Assembly: GCA_963782915.1 (NCBI GenBank)
Contig: CAWALK010000020.1
Span: 352,001-416,000, forward strand
Direction: 5' to 3'
From: an uncultured archaeon
GTDB lineage: Archaea; Thermoproteota; Bathyarchaeia; Bathyarchaeales; Bathycorpusculaceae
Length of the DNA: 64,000 nt
Below, in pieces: positions 1 through 11,367 of this stretch (within the stretch, counting starts at the first letter, position 1; each line of letters opens with the position of its first letter). A program made the translations under genes and the position numbers. The notes beneath the pieces are model-generated. The model was not told the DNA's origin. It searched no databases and saw only the letters and a program-made list of their open reading frames with translations.

Positions 1-2
1 TG

Positions 3-101
3 CGTGTGGATTGGAGTTGTTATCGTCTCAGTGAGGCGGAGGATGTGTTGATTAAGTTGAAGCAGGGCAAAATTGTGGGCAGAGCTATCCTGGTTCCTTG
101 A
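3..101 (+). CDS. C-terminal end of a zinc-dependent alcohol dehydrogenase (truncated by window edge)
   Basis: Manual translation ...YRLSEAEDVLIKLKQGKIVGRAILVP*, the typical MDR/ADH C-terminus. Confidence 0.7.
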   Translation, partial: RVDWSCYRLSEAEDVLIKLKQGKIVGRAILVP

Positions 102-281
102 TTTTACTTATTTTATGGTTAATCATTTTTTAGAATTATTCATTAGTGTAATTCAATATTTTTTATTTTTAGAATCAGCTGTCATCAGTAGCCACTTTGC
201 AACTTAATATTATAAACTAAACTTGACGATATTTGTGGACAAGAGCTCAATTTTTGCTCTAAACAAATTGGAGAAAAAAAA

Positions 282-2998
282 ATGCAAAATATAAAAAAAC
301 ACTTAGCTACAATCCTAACTATACTACTAATATCATCTATGGCTATCACTTTAACACCTACAATCCATGCAAGCGCAGAAGTAATAAACGGAATAAACTA
401 CGATTCTGCAACTGCTAGCTGCAATCAAAGCTGGCATGCACTGGGACTTAAATGCAAACGCCTCCAACAATCAGATTAATTATGTGGAACAGATACCAAG
501 ACAAAGTTCCAACTTGGGTATATGGTGTCATTTCACCAAACCCAGTTGGCGTGGGCCAACAATTTTCTATCGTTGTTTTCAACCCACAGGTACCACTATG
601 GCGCATCTGATGCCAACGACATCCGATACAAATACCACGTAGATATCACAAAGCCCGACGGAACAACAGAGAGATTGCCTTCAAGCGGATCTCTAGTATC
701 TGACTCCACAGGAACAACTTATACACAAATACTCACCGACTACAAGTAGGCAATTACACAGTGAATGGTCGTCTTTGAAGAACTCAAATGGACATGGACA
801 GCTGGCAGTAGCGGCGGTTTCAGCGCAGGTCAAATACGTGACTACTACGGCGTAACTTTACTATCAAGCAACCGAACATACACAGTCACAGTACAAGAAG
901 ACCCTGTACATCCAATTGCAATAACATAACTATCCACTTCCAACAGAATACTGGAGCCGACCAATTGAAGGACAGAACAACGCATGGGGTGCAGTCTCAT
1001 CAAACTGGCTTAACAGTGCAGCGGACCGCGACTACGGAAGCACTAACAACAGAGTACAAACGCAAGGATCGGCACCAAACAGCGGACACATTCTATGGAC
1101 TAAACCAACCGAAGACGGCGGCGTAGTCGGCGGAGACGGACTTTTGACAGAGAAGGACAAGTCTTCAACGCAGGACACCAATACCAAACAAGAATGTCTG
1201 ACACTACAATCATCATGCACGGAAGACTCTACTACCAAGAACCAATAACATGGTCTGGCAGCGGAGGCGACTGGGTATGTGTTGACCTAAAGACTGGCCA
1301 AGAAATCTGGCGCAACCACACAATGAGCTGCAAACACCATCCTTCGGTTACTACTATGACTTTGACACATGAACCAGCACGGAGTTGTTAACCCAGGCTA
1401 GCTATTCTCAAGCAACTTTGGCACTGCAATTCATCCCCGCTATGGAACAACCATTGGCTCAACACCACTAAACCTTACTAGCGTACCTATCAGGAACTGA
1501 AGTATTGGTCCAAATGGCGAACAACTACGGTACATAGTCCGACAGAAGGAACGGCACAACAATGGCGATTATACGAATGGAACTCATCTAGAGTATTTCG
1601 TTGACAGACAGTGGTTCAAACGCAAGCTAGTGAGTTCGATAAATGCAAGCACTAGCAACAGCCCCGACCGTCTAACTTGGGATTTCAACGTAACAGTATC
1701 AAATCTACCCGCAAGCTACCTACAACAGGGTATCTGCAATATTACCGTGATGTACTACTGGTCAGCAACGGCACAATCCCAGCAGCAGGCACAGGCTCAC
1801 TAACTACCACAACCTAGAAGAATCTACACTAACCGCCATCAGCCTCAAAGAAGGCGAAGAAGGACGAGTAATGTGGACAAAGAACTATAAAATGACCTTC
1901 AACAGACGGCTCACAGAACCTATACATCCGCTCTGGCGACGGCGTAATTCGTCATGCAACACATGCCCTGACTTGAAATTCATTGATTACGACATCTACA
2001 CAGGAAACAAACTCTGGAAAGCGCACCACAAGCAGACATCAATCCATTCGGTTACTATCATCTGGGTCAGTCTCATGAACGTCTATGGCACATCCATCTC
2101 CGACGGAAAACTCTTCACAACAGGCTACACTGGCAGAGTTTATGCTATGACCTCCACAACGGAACCTTAATCTGGGAGCAACGAAGCACCAACAGGCGGC
2201 GAAATCTTCGAGTATTACACACTATTCCACGGAGTAACCGCTGACGGCAAAATCTACATCGGAACCCACGAACACTCAGCAGACACACCGCTCCTAAAAG
2301 GCGCTAAAATCTACGTGTATTGACGTAAACACGGGCGACGAAGTCTGGAGTATGATCAGCTGGGCTAATCCAGTCACAATGGCACTCGCAGATGGCGTCC
2401 TCACTTACTGGAACAACTACGACCACCAAGTCTATGCAGTCGGCAAAGGCGCAAGCAGCACCACAATTGAAATCGACCAACGACGTAGTTCAATCTGGAA
2501 AGAGTGTCATGATCAAAGGCACTGTAACCGACATTTCACCAGGCACAAAGCAGTCCGAACAATCTCTACGGTTCCCCAACGGTGTCCCAGCAGTCTCTGA
2601 TGCAAGCCAAAGCGCATGGATGGAATACGTATACATGCAAAAGCCACGTCCAACCAACGTTACTGGTGTCACTGTTTACATTGAGTGTTGTAGACTCAAA
2701 CGGCAACTACCGAACCATTGGAACAACAACCGCAGACGCAGACGGATTCTACAGCTATAACTGGATGCCAGACATCGATGGACAATACAAAGTGTACGCT
2801 ACATTCGAAGGCAGCGAATCATATTGGCCATCACATGCCGTAACAGCATTCAACGTTGACCCAGCACCAGCACCAAGCGCAACCACAAACACAGTCGTTA
2901 GTCAACCTCCATTCGAACTCTACTTCGTAGGCAGCACAGTAGCTATCATCGTCGCTATCGCAATAGTCGGTTTAATGATGCTCAGGAAAAAGGCATAA
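282..2998 (+). CDS. Large secreted PQQ-like beta-propeller surface protein with C-terminal membrane anchor; broken by many indels
   Basis: Signal peptide at 282; fragments with CVDLKTGQEIW, YDIYTGNKLWK, ALADGVLTYWNNYDHQVYAVGKG and VPAVSDASQSAWMEYVYMQKPRP; C-terminal TM helix plus RKKA. Confidence 0.75.
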
Positions 2999-3176
2999 AA
3001 ACAAAAACAATCAACCATCTTTTCTTTTTTTTTTTAAAAATCTATTTATCCGCACTGATTTTCGAAGAAGTAACCCAGAAGCTCAAGAGTAATTGACCAA
3101 CAGTTTTAGACGCGGGTTTCACTAAAGTTTATCACAATCGAATTTGTTCCATAACTTAACATCTGGATGCATACGG

Positions 3177-4199
3177 ATGGAACGCAAAGATTACCTCAAA
3201 GAACCCGTAAAACACATCAAAATCAATGGCGTCTTAACCGTTGATCAATTGATGCAGCAATATGCCAACTCCGGGTCATTTGGCGCTGGGCGGCTGGCTG
3301 CTGCATGTGACACATACGAGAAAATGCTCAGAGACCCAGAATGCACCGTATTTTTGGCGCTTTCAGGAGCAGTGGTTCCTGCAGGTATGCGTCAAATCGT
3401 AGTAGATTTAATCAGAAACCACCTTGTAGACGTGATTGTCAGTACAGGCGCCTGCATGGTCCACGACGCCATCGAAGCCGTCGGCGGACACCACTATAAA
3501 GGCGGCTGGGCAGTCAACGACGCTGAACTTTACAAATACCACATTTTCCGTATTTACGACATTTTTGTTCCCGAAGAAGACTACGTCCGATTAGACTACG
3601 TATTCTCAGAAATGTACGCTGACATCGCCAAAGAACGCAACGGCCAAGCCTTAGCCTCAGACGAATTCACCTATGAAATAGGAAAACGATTAACCGACGA
3701 AAACTCCATCTTAAGAGCTGCCTACGAAGAAAACGTTCCAGTTTTCCTGCCTGCGGTGCGTGATTCAGAATTTGGCTTCATCCACTGGTTGCATGCCTCG
3801 CAGGATGGACAAAAAAACGTGCTTTTAGTAGACGCGTTTAAGGATGTTCCAACTATCTGCGGTATCTGTTCTAAATCTCCCAAAAACGGCATGATAGTTA
3901 TCGGCGGCGGCGTTCCGCGCAACACTATCCAATCCTCCGCTTTAGCCTCCAAAAAAGGCTTAGATTATGGTATAGTCGTCACGTTGGATCGTCCCGAAAC
4001 GGGCGGTTTGTCGGGTTCAACGCTTGAGGAAACGGTTAGTTGGGGCAAAATGAAGGGGTCCGCTGATCATGTGATGGTTATTGGCGAGGCTTTGATGGTT
4101 TTCCCCTTTATGGTCGCTTCGGTGACGGAGCGGTTGGGCAGCGGTTTTAAGCGTAATCCGTATTTGCTGCGGGAAAAAATCTTAGAAAAGGGACCTTAA
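3177..4199 (+). CDS. dys: Deoxyhypusine synthase family protein
   Basis: LSGAVVPAGMR, STGACMVHD, GGGVP and GGLSGSTLEETVSWGK (active-site Lys) motifs. Confidence 0.9.
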   Translation: MERKDYLKEPVKHIKINGVLTVDQLMQQYANSGSFGAGRLAAACDTYEKMLRDPECTVFLALSGAVVPAGMRQIVVDLIRNHLVDVIVSTGACMVHDAIEAVGGHHYKGGWAVNDAELYKYHIFRIYDIFVPEEDYVRLDYVFSEMYADIAKERNGQALASDEFTYEIGKRLTDENSILRAAYEENVPVFLPAVRDSEFGFIHWLHASQDGQKNVLLVDAFKDVPTICGICSKSPKNGMIVIGGGVPRNTIQSSALASKKGLDYGIVVTLDRPETGGLSGSTLEETVSWGKMKGSADHVMVIGEALMVFPFMVASVTERLGSGFKRNPYLLREKILEKGP

Positions 4200-4200
4200 A

Positions 4201-4416
4201 ATGGCGAACGCTAACGAATACTGCGGAAACTGTGACAGCCACAACTCCTACCAGTACCCAACCAAAGTTTTCTGCTCAACCAGATACTGGCACAGCCTAA
4301 ACCCAATAGTGGATACGCTTTGGCGCTGCGAAAGCTACAACCGAGTCAGCCAAGAATGCCACTGCATACGCGAAGCCCAGAAAGCTAAGAATGGCAACGG
4401 CGAAGCGCAACGCTAA
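4201..4416 (+). CDS. Small Cys-rich hypothetical protein
   Basis: 71 aa with CGNC and four more Cys; starts 1 nt after the dys stop. Confidence 0.6.
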   Translation: MANANEYCGNCDSHNSYQYPTKVFCSTRYWHSLNPIVDTLWRCESYNRVSQECHCIREAQKAKNGNGEAQR

Positions 4417-4452
4417 AGTTATAAAACTGCGCGTTGTTTGTGTTGTGTTCGC

Positions 4453-4528
4453 AGCCCAGTGGTGTAGTGGTCAAGCATAGAGGCCTCTGGAGCCTTTGAC
4501 AAGAGTTCGAATCTCTTCTGGGCTACCA
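4453..4528 (+). tRNA. tRNA-Gln(CTG), CCA encoded
   Basis: AGCCCAG/CTGGGCT acceptor stem (A1-U72 typical of archaeal tRNA-Gln), GAGGC-CTCTGGA-GCCTT anticodon arm, GTTCGAAT T-loop; TATA-like TTATAAA at ~4419. Confidence 0.95.
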
Positions 4529-4645
4529 CTATAATTTCAGAATCCTCAGAATTATTTACAAGGGCATGTTCTAACAATCAAGCGTACGTACTCTCAAAAA
4601 TAAGTACTTAGAAAGCAAAGCAACGAATGGGTGTCATTTTTTTCT

Positions 4646-4894
4646 TTAAAGTCTTTGGCGTGTTGGCTTTTTACGCGTTTCATTAGATTGATTTGACGAT
4701 GTCGGTTTTGTTTCGGTTAGAAGTTGTTTTAGATGCCAGACTGTTACATCTCGGTCGTTGGGTTGCTGATTTATCCATAATTCACGGTACTCTCGAAACT
4801 GTTTTCCGTCGATTTTGCCTTTTGATTGCAACTCACTCAGCAGTCTTAAGAAGACTTTGAGCTTTATCTGTTCATCAGTTTCTGTGCTACTCAT
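4646..4894 (-). CDS. Hypothetical protein
   Basis: 82-aa ORF with AGGAG upstream. Confidence 0.5.
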   Translation of the reverse strand: MSSTETDEQIKLKVFLRLLSELQSKGKIDGKQFREYRELWINQQPNDRDVTVWHLKQLLTETKPTSSNQSNETRKKPTRQRL

Positions 4895-5067
4895 TTGTTT
4901 TTCTCCTGTTTTGGTTGCCGCTATCTCTCTACCTGGCAGCGGATAATCATTTTATAGGAAAGGAGTAAAAAATGGTATTTCTGGCTTTCTACTTTGCGTG
5001 GGTAAAATTATCTCTTTATCGGACCGAACAAAAGAGCATTTTTCCCCAACCTACCAAAAACTGAAAA

Positions 5068-5165
5068 ACAACCCAAACCAAAAAAGACTCCCTTAACTAC
5101 TGATATCGTTTGGTCCTGTTTTGTTGGTAGTAGTCGTCATAGGGGTGTAGCGCCTACTACTTCTT
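5068..5165 (+). repeat. Divergent copy of the intergenic hairpin repeat (GTA-type arms)
   Basis: CAACCCAAACCAAA upstream; TTGGTAGTAGTCG-TCATAGGGG...-CTACTAC. Confidence 0.5.
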
Positions 5166-5281
5166 AGCGTTCTGCATTACACTGGGTTATTGAGTAGGTT
5201 TAAATTGTAATATTGATTTTCTGTTGTCAGGTAACTGATATGGCTGATTTGAAGGGCTACCTGACTTCCTACTGATCTCAA

Positions 5282-5653
5282 ATGAAAAAGACCCGTTTTC
5301 TGATAGTTGCTGGCATGTTAACAATCGTTGCTTCTTTTGTCGCTTTAGCCATCGGCTTGATCGCTTTTTCCGCTGCCCAAACAAGCTATTACTATAACCA
5401 CGGCTACAACTTCTACTACGCGTACTATCTAGCAACGGGTATCGTGGGTGCTGTTTCGTTTCCTTTGGGGTTGGCCGCTGGCATCCTCATCCTGATGCGT
5501 AGGCGACCGATTTTTTGTCTGTTTGGCTTGGGTTTACTGGTTGCATGCGGTGCCGTAATGACTTTTCCGCTGTGGTTCTTCGGCTTCACCATACTTACGC
5601 TTGCAATTCCGAGTGTAGTCCTTCTTGTCACGTCGAGGTCTGGATTCAATTAA
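5282..5653 (+). CDS. Small multi-pass membrane protein
   Basis: About four hydrophobic segments. Confidence 0.6.
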   Translation: MKKTRFLIVAGMLTIVASFVALAIGLIAFSAAQTSYYYNHGYNFYYAYYLATGIVGAVSFPLGLAAGILILMRRRPIFCLFGLGLLVACGAVMTFPLWFFGFTILTLAIPSVVLLVTSRSGFN

Positions 5654-5844
5654 GGCGTTTTGACAGGTGAATTAATAACCCTAAACTACCAATCAGTATT
5701 CAATTGGTGAAAATGTATGGCTGATTTGAAAGGTTGCCCGTTTGGTCAAGACATAAAAAACGATTGAAAAACATGTGATTATGGTAGCAAGAACCATTTT
5801 GATGCTGCATCGGGGCAATGCGTTAAACGCTAACTGTTAGGCTT

Positions 5845-6045
5845 CTATTCTAATAGTTTCCATGGGTCATCGGGGCCTAAAGCGCAATTATCCTTCGATG
5901 CGTTTGAGCCTTGTTTTTGGGTTTTCTTAGCTGTAATTTCCACAAGCATATCCGCCCCAATCTGCTCAGCCTGCAAAAGCTCCTTTGGCAAAGTTACGAC
6001 GATGCAGTCGCCGACTTTTCTGGTCTTAACAATGTATGTGCGCAA
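5845..6045 (-). CDS. AbrB/MazE-like small DNA-binding protein
   Basis: KTRKVGDCIVVTLPKELL pattern resembles the AbrB/SpoVT fold. Confidence 0.55.
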   Translation of the reverse strand: MRTYIVKTRKVGDCIVVTLPKELLQAEQIGADMLVEITAKKTQKQGSNASKDNCALGPDDPWKLLE

Positions 6046-6109
6046 TCAAATCCGCCTTAGCTCTTTTAGTTACTCGTAGTGTCTGATGCTTTTTACCGTT
6101 TCCCCACAA

Positions 6110-6595
6110 CTACTTGAACAGCGCTTCAAAACCGCTTAAGCTAGCCACGCCAACAGCCGTTAACCCAATACTCCATACCACTATGCCTATGCTCATCCAG
6201 AGCAGCAGCCGCCACCTCTTTGCACCAAGCAAACTGCCCAAAGCTGCCCCAATCAATGCGCCAAAAAGCAGCGGCGACAACAACCCCAACCCTACTACGC
6301 CGTATTTGTTCCAGATGCGGTAGAGGCGGCTTTGATTGAAGTCTTTTTTGTCGCCATATCGCCACTTTACGATTTTGTTTCTTATTTTCTCCCCCGCCAA
6401 AATGATTAACAGGGCACCGACTATGGCTCCCGCCGAAGATGCTATGATAATTGCTATGGGGTTAAGGTTCAATGCCAAGCCTGCGGGGATAGCAGCCCAT
6501 AGCTCAATTATGCTCAACCCGAAGACTGTCAAGGGCTCAATGAAATCCATGTTATCGCTATTTGGTTTGTCTGTTGGGCTTTTAAGAATATCCAT
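6110..6595 (-). CDS. Putative small multidrug export (COG2426-like) membrane protein
   Basis: IELWAAIPAG, KYGVVGLGLLSPLLFG motifs; the ORF extension to 6700 runs into a repeat and is probably spurious. Confidence 0.65.
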   Translation of the reverse strand: MDILKSPTDKPNSDNMDFIEPLTVFGLSIIELWAAIPAGLALNLNPIAIIIASSAGAIVGALLIILAGEKIRNKIVKWRYGDKKDFNQSRLYRIWNKYGVVGLGLLSPLLFGALIGAALGSLLGAKRWRLLLWMSIGIVVWSIGLTAVGVASLSGFEALFK

Positions 6596-6619
6596 AAAAT
6601 CAATACCAAACCCCTCCCG

Positions 6620-6870
6620 ATTGAAAACAACTGCAAACAAGACCGCCACAGAACCTAACAAACCCCTAGCTGCCCAAACAAAAAGAGTGCACACATACAA
6701 TCCCCAAGCGCCCAGCTAGGCACTTGTGGAGCCTATAAATAAGGGAGGGTGTAGGTCGTGAGAGCAAAAGACCTCTCTTTGGTTTGCTCTGAGTTTATTA
6801 CATAACCAAGTCCGTTGGTTGTTGTTGTGTATAGACGGTTTTCGCCAACAACAACTAAACAAAAACAAAA
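6620..6870 (+). repeat. Modular intergenic repeat (C/A-rich module + TATA/G-tract module + hairpin)
   Basis: 6620-6755 aligns with 40815-40950; GTTGTTGTTG 6818-6827 and CAACAACAAC 6846-6855. Confidence 0.85.
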
Positions 6871-6975
6871 AACCTCCCATCAAAATGACGCCAATTAAAA
6901 GCTACTGCACAAAAGCTTTAGAAACCACAAACCCCTTTAACCATTAAACAAACCCTAATATTGGCTGTGTAAAAA

Positions 6976-7290
6976 ATGCAGAAAGTATGGGAAGAACTAA
7001 AAAGTATCGAAGCCCAAGCTGACCAAATCCAAAACGACGCCAAAACCAACGCCAAAAAAATCGTCACCCAAGCCCAAAAAGACGCAGAAAAACTCCTCGC
7101 CAACAGCAAAACCTACGGCGCAGAAGAATCCCAGAAACGCTATGACGCCGCCATCGCTGAAGCTAACAAAAACCGCGACGCACAATTAGCCGAAAACGAC
7201 AAAGCAGCCGCCAAACTCAAGACACAAGCCGAAAAACGCATGGATAAAGCAGTATCAGCCGTCGTTAAAGCGGTGCTTGAGGAAAACTAG
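6976..7290 (+). CDS. atpH: A/V-type ATP synthase subunit H (G-like peripheral stalk)
   Basis: 104-aa charged coiled coil at the head of the ATP synthase cluster. Confidence 0.7.
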   Translation: MQKVWEELKSIEAQADQIQNDAKTNAKKIVTQAQKDAEKLLANSKTYGAEESQKRYDAAIAEANKNRDAQLAENDKAAAKLKTQAEKRMDKAVSAVVKAVLEEN

Positions 7291-7292
7291 TT

Positions 7293-8346
7293 TTGACTCA
7301 AACAACCCGTTATGCAACTGTTCTGCCAAAGATGGGTGCAGAAAGAACCAAATTTTTAAACGAAAACAAACTTAAGGCGCTTAGCGAGAGCAAAAACATC
7401 GGCGACATCGCCTCACAGCTCCGTGACAGTAGTTATCAGGAGCAGATCGCCCGAATCGTTCCGCCCCTTACAGGACGCAAACTCGAACGCGCCTATACAG
7501 AGAACCTGCTTGAAACTTACCTGAAAATCATAAAGTATGCTCCAGAACGAGCTAACCGTTACCTCGATATTTACCTCTCACGGTTCGAGGCAGAGAACGT
7601 TAAAACCCTGATTAGAACCGCCAACGTTAACATGCCTATGGAGCAGAGGCTTGCAAAAATTTACCTTGCCGTGGAAAAGTATCTTGATAGGGTTGCGGAG
7701 ATTGAGGAAGCCGCAAAAGCCCCAAACATTGCCCAAGTGGTGGCAGTCTTCAAAAACACAGAGTACGCTTCAGCCCTGAGTATGGGTTTGAAGAGTTTTG
7801 AGGAAACTGGCTCAACCACAACATTGGACATATTCATTGACACGTTATTTTATGAGAAGCTTATGGCTGCCTACAAGAGTTTGCCAAGGCGTGAGAAGCC
7901 GCATGCTTACCATTACGTAAGCATCGAAAACGACAGCTTCATATTGCTAACATTGCTTAGGGGCAAAAACCTCAATTACGACCCCAACTGGCTACGCCTT
8001 GCCGTTCCACATTGCTTCTTCAACTTAAACAAGCAGGAAGTCGAATCCATAGTTTCAGCATTAAACTTTGAAGCAGCCTACAAAATCGTAGAGGACAGCT
8101 TCTACGCCAAATACTTTGAGAGAAAAGCGACGCCTGAAGAAACGATTGCAAACGCTGAGAAGGCTTTTAGAAAAGACATTTTGGCGTATGCAAAGAAAAG
8201 TGTATCTGCGGGAAAAATTCAACATCGGCTCCACACTTAGCTTCATAACACTAAAAGAGGCTGAAGCCCACAACCTAACCGCGCTTACTTTAGGCGTGGA
8301 AAGCGGCATGAAGCCCGAAGCCATCCGCAACCAGCTTCTTTTCTAA
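7293..8346 (+). CDS. atpC: A/V-type ATP synthase subunit C (frameshift near 8210)
   Basis: RFEAENVKTLIR, LLRGK; the C-terminus continues in ORF 8116-8346 (LKEAEAHNL). Confidence 0.85.
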
Positions 8347-10364
8347 ACTTTTTGCTCTTCTTCTTTTTTAAGCGTTAAGTCGGTGTGGCTGAATTTCTGT
8401 TTAAATGGGCTAAACTCGGTTCCTGAGCCGCTATAGAATTTGCTGAACCATTCGTAAAAGTGCAGTCTTAGGGTGTGGATGAATACGATTAAGCCTTCCA
8501 ATGCCAGGACGAATATGTTGCCAAACACGATGACTATGCCTGCGATTATGAAGCCTAAGGTTGTTGGTGCAGCGGCGGGGTTGATTAATTCTGCAACGGT
8601 AGAGACCACGAGAAGCAGTGCCCAGTGTGCCATCAGTAAAGCGAGTATACGGCTGTAGGATATGGTGTTGCTTAGTAATCTGGTGAGGAAGTCTCCTGCT
8701 TCGAAGAATCTGCCGACGAAGGTTTCCTGTTCTGGATGCTCATTCGCGTGTAGCACGACAGGTTTTGCAATCATGGTATACACTGGTTTGCCTGCAACCA
8801 TAATTATGAATGGAATCAAAGGCACCAGTATGGGTCCGCTTAGCCAAGCTGCAAAATCCAGTTGATACACTGCAATTAAGTAGACGCCGCCTGCAAAGAA
8901 AGCAATCTTTGGCGCCGCTGTCAAGAGGGCGTCAGCTACATCGTGTTTTAGCAGGTAATTCACCATTTCAATGACTATGCCCGCAGTGATTTGCGTTATA
9001 CCCACGAATAGGCTGAAGAGTAGAAAGCTGAATACGTTCTCGAATGGGCTAAACCACAGTGGCGTAAATTGTATGCCGAAGAATTCTCCGAAGAGCAAAC
9101 CTGCAACCATAGCGCCAATGCCGCAGGCAGCCATAATCCAGCAGACATTCTTCATGCCCTGATTACCCTTAATTAATGAACCGACGACTAAACCGCCGAT
9201 TAACAACACTAAGCCATGACCCAAATCGCCGAACATTAAACCGAAAAGAATTGGGAAGGTTATGGCGATGAATGGTGTGGGGTCAACTTCGTTATAGTTT
9301 GGTAACCCATAGAGTTTGGTGATTTCCTCGAAAGGTTTCACGAATCTGCCATGAGTAATTTTGCTGGGAGGCTCAACTGTATGCGCCGATTCTATAGCGT
9401 TGTTTTCCAGTACAAGCGCTTTTCCATCCATCTTGCTGTTAACTGTTAAGGTGAGCTCATGGAACTTGTTTTTGGGCACAAATCCCTTAACCGTCGCAAG
9501 CCTGCCTGACTGGAGAATCTTTTTCTCCGCGGTTAAGAGTGTTAAAATGTTTTCGGAGGTTTCTTTCCAAGAAGCAAGTTTATCTTTGTTTTCTTCACCC
9601 AACTTTTTGAGTGATTCAGTTACGGTTTTTTCTTTTTCTTCGTTGTCTTTTAAGCGTTTTTTAACTTCTTTATGCGCCTCATCCACATTGTTGGGCAAGT
9701 CGGGGGGCATCTGGAACATTTCAGCGTGGTAAGTGCGAAGGATGCGTTCGACTTCTTCTTGATGCTTTTTTGGAGCTGCCACGCATAGGAAGCATTCGTC
9801 TTCTGTTAGGTGGGTTTGTTTAGCGAAAAGCGGTAAGCCTGTGATGGCTGTTTGGAATGCTTCGCAGTTTTTGATGGGCATGCTTGCGAAGACTACATAG
9901 ATTAGTTTGAGGTCGCCGACTGTTTGGAGGTCTGCGCCCATGCTTTCCATGGTGGAGAGCATTTTTTTGAGGTGATTTAGCTCAAGGTTCTTCTCTTTCA
10001 TGCCTGTGAGGGAAGCGTTTAGGGTTTCGATTTCTTTTTTAAGTGTTACAATTTCTTGGCTGGTGTTATCCAGGAGTGCTTGCCAATTATCTGCTGTAAC
10101 CGTGACTTTGATGGGTTGGGTAAGTTTGAATATGCCTAAAAGGCTGCCTTTTTCATGGACAAGCTGCTTGATTAAGCCGTCAACATCGAGAATACGTTCT
10201 TGGACTTTGGAAATGTTTGCGTTGTACTCTGTTAAGCTTGCGTCATCTTGTGCTGATGGTTCAATATGGAACTCGCCGAAGGTGTTTAGAGTATCTAATA
10301 CAGACTCGACATCTTTTTTTGTACATATAATAGATGTCGAAGTCATTCTTTCGGGTCGCAACAT
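8343..10364 (-). CDS. atpI: A/V-type ATP synthase subunit I (a), on the opposite strand to the rest of the cluster
   Basis: YGLPNYNEVDPT, FGLMFGDLGHG, ISYSRILAL (essential Arg), HTLRLHFYEWFSKFY. Confidence 0.95.
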   Translation of the reverse strand: MLRPERMTSTSIICTKKDVESVLDTLNTFGEFHIEPSAQDDASLTEYNANISKVQERILDVDGLIKQLVHEKGSLLGIFKLTQPIKVTVTADNWQALLDNTSQEIVTLKKEIETLNASLTGMKEKNLELNHLKKMLSTMESMGADLQTVGDLKLIYVVFASMPIKNCEAFQTAITGLPLFAKQTHLTEDECFLCVAAPKKHQEEVERILRTYHAEMFQMPPDLPNNVDEAHKEVKKRLKDNEEKEKTVTESLKKLGEENKDKLASWKETSENILTLLTAEKKILQSGRLATVKGFVPKNKFHELTLTVNSKMDGKALVLENNAIESAHTVEPPSKITHGRFVKPFEEITKLYGLPNYNEVDPTPFIAITFPILFGLMFGDLGHGLVLLIGGLVVGSLIKGNQGMKNVCWIMAACGIGAMVAGLLFGEFFGIQFTPLWFSPFENVFSFLLFSLFVGITQITAGIVIEMVNYLLKHDVADALLTAAPKIAFFAGGVYLIAVYQLDFAAWLSGPILVPLIPFIIMVAGKPVYTMIAKPVVLHANEHPEQETFVGRFFEAGDFLTRLLSNTISYSRILALLMAHWALLLVVSTVAELINPAAAPTTLGFIIAGIVIVFGNIFVLALEGLIVFIHTLRLHFYEWFSKFYSGSGTEFSPFKQKFSHTDLTLKKEEEQKV

Positions 10365-10421
10365 TTTTAACAGATATATTGAATTTGCTAACAAGCATTT
10401 AAAGTTGTATTAGGTGAGGGC

Positions 10422-10730
10422 ATGATTGGTTACGTAATTGGCGATAGCGACATGATTACTGGCTTTAGGCTAGTTGGAGTCGAAGGCGCTGAAGCAGTCA
10501 CCGTAGATGAAGCAAAGCAGGCCCTAAGCAAGGCACTGACACGTAGCGACATCGGAGTCATCATCATAAGTGAAGCATACTTCACCGACGCAAGCATTCG
10601 CGAGCAAGTCGACAAGATTCGCCAAGAAAGAGTCACACCCCTAATCGTCGTACTCCCTGGAAGCAGGGGACCAACACGCGGCACCCCATTATCTGAAACA
10701 ATCAGTAAAATCTTGGGCATCAAAATTTAG
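10422..10730 (+). CDS. atpF: A/V-type ATP synthase subunit F
   Basis: VIGDSDMITGFRLVGV motif; AGGTGAGG Shine-Dalgarno. Confidence 0.9.
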   Translation: MIGYVIGDSDMITGFRLVGVEGAEAVTVDEAKQALSKALTRSDIGVIIISEAYFTDASIREQVDKIRQERVTPLIVVLPGSRGPTRGTPLSETISKILGIKI

Positions 10731-10742
10731 AGGTTAAATGAT

Positions 10743-11367
10743 TTGAGCACTAAAAGTGGCGTAGTAGCGATAGCAGACGAAGTAATAGGCGACGTTCAGA
10801 AAGAAGCTGAAGCCATCATCCTGGCGGCACAGAACGAAGCCAAAGAAACCCTCCGAGTAGCTAAGGAACAAGCAGACAAAACCTACCATGCAATCCTTGC
10901 TGAGGCAAACCAGAAAGCTGAAGGCGAGAAAAGAAAGATTGCTTCTGTCACTGAAGTTGAGTTGCGGAATCGTTTGCTTCAAACAAAAGAGAACCTTGTC
11001 GATGAAGCCTTCGAAAAGGCTCTTGTTAAATTGAAAAATTTTGTTGAAACACCACGAATATCATACTTACCTAATCAAATTAGTTGAAGATTTAGCGAAA
11101 AAGATGGATCAGACTGTCCTTGTCGTAGAAGTTAACGCCAAAGACAAAGAATTCTTAACCGATGAATTACTCAAAAAAGTCTCCAAAAAACTCAAAATCG
11201 AATTAACCCTTTCCGAGCAAACCCCCAACTATATTGGCGGCTGCAAAGTTCAAACACAAGATGGCAAAATAGTATATGACGGCACACTTGATAATAGATT
11301 GCAGGAGCTTAAACCTGAATTGCGTGCCCAAATCGCAAAAAGCCTCTTTGGAGAAACATCCCAATGA
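10743..11367 (+). CDS. atpE: A/V-type ATP synthase subunit E (frameshift ~11055)
   Basis: Coiled-coil N-terminal half plus IGGCKVQTQDGKIVYDGTLDNRL C-terminal domain in two overlapping ORFs. Confidence 0.85.

Noticed and set aside
4453-6600. Integrated element at tRNA-Gln
   Set aside because: No integrase and no duplicated tRNA 3' end were found in the window.
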